Origin: Candidatus Aminicenantes bacterium
GTDB taxonomy: Bacteria; Acidobacteriota; Aminicenantia; Aminicenantales; JAFGAV01
DNA length: 64,000 nucleotides
Reading direction: 5' to 3'
Assembly (NCBI GenBank): GCA_016933515.1
Contig: JAFGAV010000084.1
Location: 3,072-67,071 of the forward strand
In this document: in pieces, positions 57,239 to 64,000 of the stretch
How the letters are laid out: each line of letters opens with the position of its first letter
Position numbering within the stretch: the stretch's first letter is position 1
Notes under the pieces: generated by a model
What the model was told of the DNA's origin: nothing
The model's input: only the letters and a program-made list of their open reading frames with translations
Database searches by the model: none
Translations under genes and position numbers: made by a program

Positions 57239-58600
57239 TCAATTGGTGAGCGAGATGTCCAGCTCGGCCATCCGTTTCAGCAGCGTTTCGACCGGCACCC
57301 GCAGCCGGGCGGCGGCCCGGGTGAGATCCCACTCGCTTGTCACCAGGGTCTGGTGGATGAACCGCTTTTCAAACCGGTCCCGGGCCAAAGCCAAGGAAGG
57401 CCAGGAGCCGGGCTCGGCCCCTGTGTCGACCTCCCTGGCCTCGACGAGCAGGGACAGGTGCTCGGTGCGGATCTCGGGCTCTTCGACCATAATGATGAAG
57501 CGTTCCAGCACGTTCATCAGCTCGCTGACGTTGCCCGGCCACGAGTAATTCTGGAAGGCCCGGAGAGCCTCGGCGGTCATGACCTTGGGCTTCCGGCCGT
57601 AGTCGGCCGCGAAGCGGGCCAGGAAATGCTCGATCAGAACCGGGATGTCTTCGGGTCGTTCCCTCAAAGGAGGGATGTTCAGGGGGATGACGTTCAGCTT
57701 GAAGAAGAGGTCTTCACGGAAAGCGCCCCGGGCGATCTTCTCCTTGAGGTTTTTGCTGGAGGCGGCGATGATCCGGACGTCGACGCCGACGGGTTCGGAG
57801 GAGCCGGGAGGGAGGAAGGCCTGGTCCTCGATGACGCGGACGAGCCGGGCCTGGACGGAGGGGCTCATGTCGCCGACCTCGTCGAAATAAATCGTCCCCC
57901 TGTCGGCGGCCGCGAGCTTGCCTTTTTTCGCCCGGCCGGCCGGAGGGGACTCTCCGCCGACCGTTCCGAACAGGTCGCCCTCCATCATGTCCGGCGGGAC
58001 GGCGGCGCAGTTGAACTCCACGAACCGTTTGTCGCGTCGTCCGCTCCGGCCGTGGATGAGACGGGCCACGAGCTCCTTGCCCGTGCCGGTTTCTCCGGTG
58101 ATGAGGATGCGACCGTTTGAGGGCGCGGCTTTCTCCATGTCCTGCCGCAGCTTGCGGAGGGCCGGGCTGTCGCCCAGAAGCTCATATCGCCTGGCGAGCT
58201 TGGCCTGGAGCTGGATGTTTTCCTCCTCGAGCCGGGATTGCTTCAGGGCGTTCTTGACGGTCAGGATGACCTTCTCCAGGGTCAGCGGCTTCTCCAGGAA
58301 ATCATAGGCGCCCAGCTTGGTCGCCTGGACTGCGGTTTCGACCGTTCCGTGCCCGGAGATCATGACCACCTGGGGGCGGTCGTCGAGAGCCATGACCTGG
58401 CGCAGGACGTCCAGACCGCCGAGACCCGGAAGCCAGATGTCGAGCAGGATCAGGTCGAAGTTCTGCCGGCCGAGAAGACGAAGCCCCTCTTCTCCCGTCT
58501 CGGCCAGGGCGGCCTCAAAGCCCTCGTCCTCGAGCACGCCTTTGAGGGCGGATCGGATGCTGTCTTCGTCGTCGATGATCAGGATTTTCGCTCGGTTCAT
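57239..58600 (-). CDS. Sigma54-dependent response regulator (NtrC/NtrX family)
   Basis: Receiver domain (ILIIDDE ... DLILLDIWLPG), AAA+ domain (GETGTGKELVA, GAFREDLFFKLNV), and a C-terminal HTH. Confidence 0.9.
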   Translation of the reverse strand: MNRAKILIIDDEDSIRSALKGVLEDEGFEAALAETGEEGLRLLGRQNFDLILLDIWLPGLGGLDVLRQVMALDDRPQVVMISGHGTVETAVQATKLGAYDFLEKPLTLEKVILTVKNALKQSRLEEENIQLQAKLARRYELLGDSPALRKLRQDMEKAAPSNGRILITGETGTGKELVARLIHGRSGRRDKRFVEFNCAAVPPDMMEGDLFGTVGGESPPAGRAKKGKLAAADRGTIYFDEVGDMSPSVQARLVRVIEDQAFLPPGSSEPVGVDVRIIAASSKNLKEKIARGAFREDLFFKLNVIPLNIPPLRERPEDIPVLIEHFLARFAADYGRKPKVMTAEALRAFQNYSWPGNVSELMNVLERFIIMVEEPEIRTEHLSLLVEAREVDTGAEPGSWPSLALARDRFEKRFIHQTLVTSEWDLTRAAARLRVPVETLLKRMAELDISLTN

Positions 58601-60774
58601 GTCGGTAGCTCAATGATGAATTTGGCGCCCGTGGGATGGTTGCTCCGGACGTCGATGGTGCCGTTATGCTCCCGGACGACCTGGTCCACGATGGCCAAAC
58701 CCAGGCCGCGGCCTTTTTTCTTGGTGGAGGTGTAGGGCAGGAAGATCTTGTCCCGGATGTCCTTGGAGATGCCTGGCCCCGAATCGGCGACCTCGATCCT
58801 CACGCGTCCGGCGGCCGCATCGAACGAAGTGGCGATCGCAATCCGCCCCGCCTTGTTCATGGCGTCGATGGCGTTGTCCAGGAGATTGATGAACACGCGC
58901 TTCATCTGTTCTGCGTCGAGGGGAATGGGCGAGGGAACGTCGCGTCCCAGCCGAAGGTCGAACTCCACTTCGGCGAAGATGCCGCGGAAGAGGGGCAGGA
59001 CGTGGTGGAGGACATTATGCAGGTCGCCGGGCTGAGGCCGGATCTTGGGCATGCGGGCGAAATCCGAAAATTCGTCCACCAGGGCCTTGATGGTCTTGGC
59101 CTCCTGGATGATGACGCGCGCGCCTTCTTCGATGACTCCCGAGGAACCCGCCTCGCCGCGCGACATGTTCTTGATGATCCGTTCCGCGGACAGCTGGATC
59201 GGCGTGAGGGGATTTTTGATCTCGTGGGCCACCCGCTGGGCGACCTCTTTCCAGGCGGCGATTTTCTGGGCCTTGATGAGCTGGGTCAGGTCGTCCAGGA
59301 CGACAATCGTTCCGGAGGCCGACTCCCCGTCCGGCTGCAGGAGGGGGGTCAGGGTCAGGGCCAGCGTTTTCTGCTGGCCGGAATCTTCAAGAATGATTTC
59401 CCGATCGGAAATCTTGTGACGGTTCTTCCTCTCCCAGTCGATGCTGGCCCGGATGCCCTCGAACCGGGGCGCGGCCAGAACATCGGTGTAGGTCCGCCCG
59501 AGGATGTCCTTCTCCGTGAGGGACAACATCTCGCGCGCGCTGGGGTTGACCGATGTCAGGCGGCCCTCAGCGTCCAGAGCGATGACGCCGGTGGTGATGT
59601 GGTCGAGGATGGTTTGGATGGATTGTTTGCGCGCTTCGAGCTCCGCGGTTTTTTGGGACACATTGCTCCGGCTGGAATTCAGGTCGGAGATCATCTGGTT
59701 GAAGGATTCGATGAGGATGCCCAGCTCGTCCGACGCCGGGTCCTCGACGCGCACGTCGAGGTTCCCCCTCGACACTTCGCGCGTCGCCTGGGCCAGCTTT
59801 TCGATGGGCACCGTGATTCCCTTGGCCAACCGGAACCCCAGCCAGCTGGCGGCGAAGACGATGATGAGCGTGATGAACAGCAGGGTGATGATGTAGAACG
59901 TCTTGACCGGGTTTTTCTGGAGCTTGAGCTGGCGGTAGCGCAGGACGAAAGCGCTGATGTTGTCGATTTTCTCGGCGGTGTTCTGGGGCAGGAACGTACC
60001 GGCGGTCACCAGGGCGTTTCCGATGTCGGGCAGGGTGAAGGCCGCCCCGCGGCGGATCATTTGCCCGTTTCCCATGCGATCGATGCTTTGAAGGGACTCC
60101 CCCAGGTAGGCCCGCTTGACGAGATCGGGGTGGACGTCCCGGTAGTCCTGAAGAGGAAGGTCGGGATTCAGATAGGAAAACAGCTCCTCGTCGCCGAGAA
60201 AAACGCCGATTTCATCCAGCCGGTATTCTTTGAGCTTGTTGCGGATGAACTCGCGGAGCGACGGCCTGTTTGCAGGATTGAGAAGCCGCCGCGCCCTGAT
60301 GTCCTGGGAGAGGCGTTGAGCGTAATGGAGCGTCAGGTCTTCGGCGGTGCGGTACAGGGAGTCGCTGACGACCTTGGTGTCTTCCAAAACGCCGTCCAAA
60401 GGGGTCCGGAACCAGGTTTCGATGTTGCGGCTGATGAGATCGCTGGCGAAAAAGAACAGGAGGAGAGTGGGGATGAGGGACAAGGCGATGAAGAACAGGA
60501 CCAGCTTTGTTTTGAAATGGGAGCCGATCACCCGCTGCCGTCGTTCCATGTGCAGGCGGATCAGGTTTCGTCCCAGGACGAAAAACAGGATGAGAAACAA
60601 AAGGAGAACGATCACCTGGAGGGTGGACAGCAGAACCTCGGGGAGGGATCCGCTGGCAAATCCCCGGGACTGACGGATTGTGAACTCGATGGCGAAAAAC
60701 AGGACGATGAGAAAGGCGATGAGAGCCCCGACGACCCGCGGGCCTTTTCTCTTCCCGTCGTTCGCCGGATTCAT
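58597..60774 (-). CDS. Sensor histidine kinase (NtrY-like: TM, HAMP, PAS, HisKA, HATPase)
   Basis: H-box AHEIKNPLTPI, N-box NLLDNAIDAM, and G-boxes DSGPGI / GRGLGLAIV. Overlaps the regulator start. Confidence 0.88.
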   Translation of the reverse strand: MNPANDGKRKGPRVVGALIAFLIVLFFAIEFTIRQSRGFASGSLPEVLLSTLQVIVLLLFLILFFVLGRNLIRLHMERRQRVIGSHFKTKLVLFFIALSLIPTLLLFFFASDLISRNIETWFRTPLDGVLEDTKVVSDSLYRTAEDLTLHYAQRLSQDIRARRLLNPANRPSLREFIRNKLKEYRLDEIGVFLGDEELFSYLNPDLPLQDYRDVHPDLVKRAYLGESLQSIDRMGNGQMIRRGAAFTLPDIGNALVTAGTFLPQNTAEKIDNISAFVLRYRQLKLQKNPVKTFYIITLLFITLIIVFAASWLGFRLAKGITVPIEKLAQATREVSRGNLDVRVEDPASDELGILIESFNQMISDLNSSRSNVSQKTAELEARKQSIQTILDHITTGVIALDAEGRLTSVNPSAREMLSLTEKDILGRTYTDVLAAPRFEGIRASIDWERKNRHKISDREIILEDSGQQKTLALTLTPLLQPDGESASGTIVVLDDLTQLIKAQKIAAWKEVAQRVAHEIKNPLTPIQLSAERIIKNMSRGEAGSSGVIEEGARVIIQEAKTIKALVDEFSDFARMPKIRPQPGDLHNVLHHVLPLFRGIFAEVEFDLRLGRDVPSPIPLDAEQMKRVFINLLDNAIDAMNKAGRIAIATSFDAAAGRVRIEVADSGPGISKDIRDKIFLPYTSTKKKGRGLGLAIVDQVVREHNGTIDVRSNHPTGAKFIIELPT

Positions 60775-60798
60775 TGGCGGGATCCGCGGCCCCGGCGG

Positions 60799-61554
60799 TC
60801 ACTCGGCCAGGTAGTTCCGGTAATTGTCTTTGTTGATTTCATAGGTTTGGGCCGCGGCCGAGGCCGGGAAGGGCTTGGCTTTGAGGCCGTTGATGGTCAT
60901 GTTCACCTGGTCCGGCCGGCCGAGCCGCATCACGATCCTCTCTTCGGCCGAGAAGGACTTCCGGTCGCCGGCCTGCATCAGACCCTCCTCGGCGGGGCCG
61001 GAATCGGGCCGGATGCGGATCCAGACTTCGTCGTTGAACGTCAGGTGGAAAACCAGGCCGTCGGCGTCTCCGGCCTCCGGCCGCTCTTGAGCCTCCGCCG
61101 GTCCGGCCGGAGCCCGGGCTTCGGACTTGGCCGCCGTTTCGGCAGCCGGCGGGGAGGAGTTTGCGGGCGCCGGACGGATGTTGAGGAGCCAGGGCCGGAA
61201 GAAGACCAGGACGGCCGCCAGGATCAATGGAGGAAGAAGAAGGAGCGCCAGCTTTTTCCAACGGGCGGCCGACATTCTTGGGGACGTCTCCCTCCGCGGC
61301 CGGATCTTGGCCGGGGAAGGGCGTGGCGCCTGGCGAAGATAGATGTTGATCGCCTGATTTTCGTCAAGGCCGATGCACTTGGCATAAGCCCGGATTGTTC
61401 CCTTGATGAAAAATTCTCCGGGCAGGAGGTCCAGCCGGTCCTGTTCGAGGGCGAGGAGGTACTGAATGTTGATCTTCGTCTGGCGGGCGATTTCTTGAAG
61501 GGGGATGCCGCGCGCCTCGCGCTCTCGATTCAATTCCTGTCCCAGCGTGCTCAT
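60799..61554 (-). CDS. rodZ: RodZ-like cytoskeleton protein (XRE HTH, TM, DUF4115-like C-terminus)
   Basis: N-terminal HTH (LNREREARGIPLQEIARQTKINIQYLLALEQD), a single TM (LALLLLPPLILAAVLVFF), and a C-terminal beta-rich domain. Confidence 0.7.
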   Translation of the reverse strand: MSTLGQELNREREARGIPLQEIARQTKINIQYLLALEQDRLDLLPGEFFIKGTIRAYAKCIGLDENQAINIYLRQAPRPSPAKIRPRRETSPRMSAARWKKLALLLLPPLILAAVLVFFRPWLLNIRPAPANSSPPAAETAAKSEARAPAGPAEAQERPEAGDADGLVFHLTFNDEVWIRIRPDSGPAEEGLMQAGDRKSFSAEERIVMRLGRPDQVNMTINGLKAKPFPASAAAQTYEINKDNYRNYLAE

Positions 61555-61563
61555 GTAGAGAAA

Positions 61564-61592
61564 ATTTTAGGTCAACTCCGCCGAGGTGTCAA
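61564..61592 (-). promoter_or_regulatory. Candidate sigma70 promoter positioned for a (near-)leaderless rodZ transcript
   Basis: Minus strand: TTGACA, 17 nt, TAAAAT, then 9 nt to the rodZ ATG. Confidence 0.5.
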
Positions 61593-61707
61593 CAAAACGG
61601 CGGCCGGGCGCCGAGGCCCTCCCGCGGATTCGTTCAAGGGGTCGTTGGAGATTGTGGGAGGAAATCCTCGCCGGCACCCTGAGGGGCGGAAAGCCGGCGG
61701 GCGCCCG

Positions 61708-62544
61708 TCAAATCTTAAGGAAGCGGGACAATGAGCTCAGGCTGCCCAGAAGGCCCATGAGCGCGCCGCCGAACACAAGACTCAAAGACTGTCCGAGAGT
61801 CAGGAAGCGGAAGTTCACAATGTCCTGAAGGGCGCCCAGAGAGGCGCCGAGATAAAGGGGAAAAACCCGGATGACCCCATAGATCAGGGCCAACGACAAG
61901 AGGCTTCCCAGGATCCCCAGAGCCATGCCCTCGATGACGAACGGCATGCGGATGAACGTGTTCGTGGCCCCCACGAAGCGCAGGATCTCGATCTCGTTCC
62001 TCCGGGCGAAAACGTTGAGGCGGATGACATTGGAAATCGTGAAGAACGAGGCCAGGATGAGAATGCCTCCCAGGAAATATCCCACGGCCCGGGCCAGGCG
62101 GCTCAGGGATTTCATTTTTTCCACCCAATCCCTGTTGAATTGGACGTCTTCCACGCCGGGGAAATCGCGCAGGCTGTTCATGAACTGCAGGGTGTCCGGA
62201 GAGGAGGCGGTCTTGTCCTTGAGAACGACCTCGACCGAAGCGGGGAAGGGATTCGTTCCAAGGTCGGAGACGACGTCCTGGAGTTGGGGAAAGCGTTCGC
62301 GGAAACGCTTCAGGGCGTCTTCGGGCGAAACGAATCTCACTTGCTCAACGGGAGGAGAGCTTCGGATGCGTTCGAGGACGTTCGTCCGCGCCGCCGGCGA
62401 GAGGTCTTTTTCCAGGAAAAAAACGACGGCCAGGTTTTCCGAGAGCTGCCGGGCCAGGAACTGGAGGTTGTTCGACAGGGAAAGGAAGAGGCCGATGATC
62501 AGGAACGACAGGCAGATGATGGTCAGGGAGAAAAAATTCCGCAC
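61708..62544 (-). CDS. ftsX: Cell-division ABC permease FtsX (the N-terminus probably extends upstream)
   Basis: FtsX topology and C-terminal motifs (RRNEIEILRFVGATNTFIRMPF). The track start is GTG 62544, but FtsX-like sequence (LKHFLFSAAGSLWQHR) continues in frame upstream to about 62601. Confidence 0.85.
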   Translation of the reverse strand: MRNFFSLTIICLSFLIIGLFLSLSNNLQFLARQLSENLAVVFFLEKDLSPAARTNVLERIRSSPPVEQVRFVSPEDALKRFRERFPQLQDVVSDLGTNPFPASVEVVLKDKTASSPDTLQFMNSLRDFPGVEDVQFNRDWVEKMKSLSRLARAVGYFLGGILILASFFTISNVIRLNVFARRNEIEILRFVGATNTFIRMPFVIEGMALGILGSLLSLALIYGVIRVFPLYLGASLGALQDIVNFRFLTLGQSLSLVFGGALMGLLGSLSSLSRFLKI

Positions 62545-62602
62545 CCGGTGCTGCCACAGGCTGCCCGCGGCGGAGAAGAGGAAGTGCTTCAGTTTTCGAA
62601 TG

Positions 62603-63271
62603 TCAGAACGTCTCCTTGCCGATCAGTTTTCCGCTGTGAAGGAACACCGCCCGGTCGGCGAAGCGGCGGATGATCTCTTTGTCGTGGGTGCAAATGATGA
62701 CCGTGGCCCCTTGGCGGTTGATCTCCCGGAACAGGGCGATGATCTCGAAGGCCAGCTCCGTGTCCAGGTTGCCCGTGGGCTCGTCGGCCAAAATGATGCT
62801 CGGGTTGTTGACCACCGCCCGGGCGATGGCCACCCGCTGCTGCTCGCCGTAGGACAGACCGGAGGGGAATTCCCAGATTTTGTGATGAAGGTTGACCATG
62901 CGCAGGGCGTTGAAGACTTTGCGCCTCAGTTCCTTGCGGGGCAGGCCGACAACCTCAAGGGGGAGGCCGACGTTTTCGAAGACGCGTTTGTGGAAAATCA
63001 GACGAAAATCCTGAAACACGATGCCCATCTGCCTCCGGAGCTCGTAGATTTTCGAGGAGGGAATGCGCTGGATGTTTTTGCCGGCGATGATGATTTGGCC
63101 GTGAGTGGGGTACAGCTCGCGGAAGAGGGTTTTGAGCAGCGTGGTTTTTCCCGAGCCCGAGGGGCCGGTGACGAAGCAAAACTCCGCTTTCTTGACTTGG
63201 AGGGTGATGTCCGAAAGGGCCCAGCTCGGTTTCTGGTATTGCTTCCAGACGTGGTAGAGCTCGATCATCAC
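62603..63271 (-). CDS. ftsE: Cell-division ATP-binding protein FtsE
   Basis: Walker A GPSGSGKTT, signature LSYGEQQR, and Walker B IILADEPTGNLD. Confidence 0.92.
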   Translation of the reverse strand: MMIELYHVWKQYQKPSWALSDITLQVKKAEFCFVTGPSGSGKTTLLKTLFRELYPTHGQIIIAGKNIQRIPSSKIYELRRQMGIVFQDFRLIFHKRVFENVGLPLEVVGLPRKELRRKVFNALRMVNLHHKIWEFPSGLSYGEQQRVAIARAVVNNPSIILADEPTGNLDTELAFEIIALFREINRQGATVIICTHDKEIIRRFADRAVFLHSGKLIGKETF

Positions 63272-63415
63272 GCCTCAGTATATCAAAAGACCGGGACGGA
63301 CATCATCTGTTTCCGGAATCGGCGCCCGACGGCCCGGCCTCTGGCGGCGGAGGGGAAGACTCCGGGCGGGCAGAGGAGCGTGAACGGTTCGGGGGAAGGA
63401 AGGCGTTCGGCCCGA

Positions 63416-63595
63416 TCAGCGGGCGAAGAGGTACATGAACCACCCGAAGGCGACGGCGCCTACGACCATGATCAGGAAAAGGATCAGGCCGTAGCGAACG
63501 CGGGATTTCGTGTCGGTGCGGCGGATGAGCGCCAGAACGACGCTCGCGAGCAGGGCATAAAGGGCCATGGACAGGAAGTGGCTTTGGAAGATCAT
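63416..63595 (-). CDS. Small (59 aa) two-TM membrane protein, not in the supplied ORF track
   Basis: My own translation: MIFQSHFLSMALYALLASVVLALIRRTDTKSRVRYGLILFLIMVVGAVAFGWFMYLFAR. The ATG overlaps the stop of the upstream membrane-protein gene (ATGA). Confidence 0.35.
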   Translation of the reverse strand: MIFQSHFLSMALYALLASVVLALIRRTDTKSRVRYGLILFLIMVVGAVAFGWFMYLFAR

Positions 63596-63960
63596 TTCTT
63601 TTTTCCCGCCGCGATGTCGAAGGCATCCAGGGCGACCAGGAAATTGAGAAGGCCCGCTCCGGCCAGATAGGCCGTTCCGAATTCGTAGGTGACATTCTTC
63701 AGAGCGCCGAGACCGAAGGGCAGGAGCCGGGAGAGGACATAGACCAAGCCGTTGCCGATGTCGGCAAAGAACGCCAGCACGGTCAGCGGATTTTCAAGCT
63801 GAAAGGAGAAGATCCGTCCGCCCATGGCCAATCCGACGGCGGTCATGCCGCCCAGGCAGATGAGGAACACGATCCCCCGGAAGAATTTTTTTTGAAGAAG
63901 GTGTCCCAGTCCGGGAACGGCCCAGCCGGCCAGGAAAAAAACGAACGCTTGTGCCTGCAT
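63592..63960 (-). CDS. Hypothetical polytopic membrane protein
   Basis: 122 aa with three to four hydrophobic helices (FFLAGWAVPGLGHLL ...). I recognise no catalytic motif. Confidence 0.5.
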   Translation of the reverse strand: MQAQAFVFFLAGWAVPGLGHLLQKKFFRGIVFLICLGGMTAVGLAMGGRIFSFQLENPLTVLAFFADIGNGLVYVLSRLLPFGLGALKNVTYEFGTAYLAGAGLLNFLVALDAFDIAAGKKK

Positions 63961-64000
63961 AGGAGTGCCAGTTTAGACCAACGGGTTTTTCAAATCAAGA

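Noticed and set aside
58636-61734. 1032-aa ORF on the + strand
   Set aside because: It lies entirely antisense to the histidine kinase and rodZ genes, which carry clear motifs. Its translation is Asp/Gly/Arg/Pro-rich with no recognisable domain, the typical pattern of a GC-driven shadow ORF.

Overview
GC-rich bacterial chromosomal segment, densely packed with mostly core genes. TonB/ExbBD, SecDF-YajC, RseP and lipoproteins indicate a diderm organism; it may come from a metagenome assembly, since two frame disruptions are visible. I could not compute GC content, codon statistics or database hits, so every call rests on motifs read from the supplied translations and the DNA.

Gene content, left to right:
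- phoH/7TM-HD/ybeY/corC-like/era operon (-).
- A polysaccharide/sulfate-activation locus: priming glycosylphosphotransferase, small RHH protein, sat, an alkaline-phosphatase-family enzyme, cysC, a 4-epimerase, two UDP-sugar dehydrogenases, and a convergent glycoside-hydrolase-like lipoprotein.
- hypCDE (-).
- uppS-cdsA-dxr-rseP-ispG, followed by a LarE-like PP-loop ATPase and a SAM methyltransferase (+).
- A stand-alone ParB-like + spore-photoproduct-lyase-family radical SAM pair (+).
- tonB-exbB-exbD (-) and ychF-tgt-yajC-secD-secF (-).
- Two tandem lepB genes, a membrane-anchored AP-like protein, and recD2.
- An SH3b / M48 peptidase / CHASE2 nucleotide cyclase / MBL hydrolase module.
- tRNA-Arg(CCT), iscU-like, pyrE, a MacB/LolD-type ABC pair, DUF2892-cysK, an alpha/beta hydrolase, and a TPR protein.
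- tRNA-Ala(GGC), a disrupted DUF1565-like lipoprotein, pepP, recO, an NtrY/NtrX-like two-component pair, rodZ, and ftsEX.

I found no CRISPR array, transposase, integrase, prophage or recognisable toxin-antitoxin.

The most promising non-obvious items are:
1. The ParB-like/SPL-like radical SAM cassette and its anomalous +1 junction.
2. sat and cysC embedded in a polysaccharide locus, with an AP-superfamily enzyme between them.
3. The SH3b-M48-CHASE2 cyclase-MBL module.
4. Lineage-specific insertions in SecF (ComEA-like helix-hairpin-helix) and Era (acidic insert in the KH domain).
5. Near-consensus sigma70 promoters placed so that several genes would be leaderless.

The many long antisense ORFs in the track are GC-driven shadow ORFs and are rejected.
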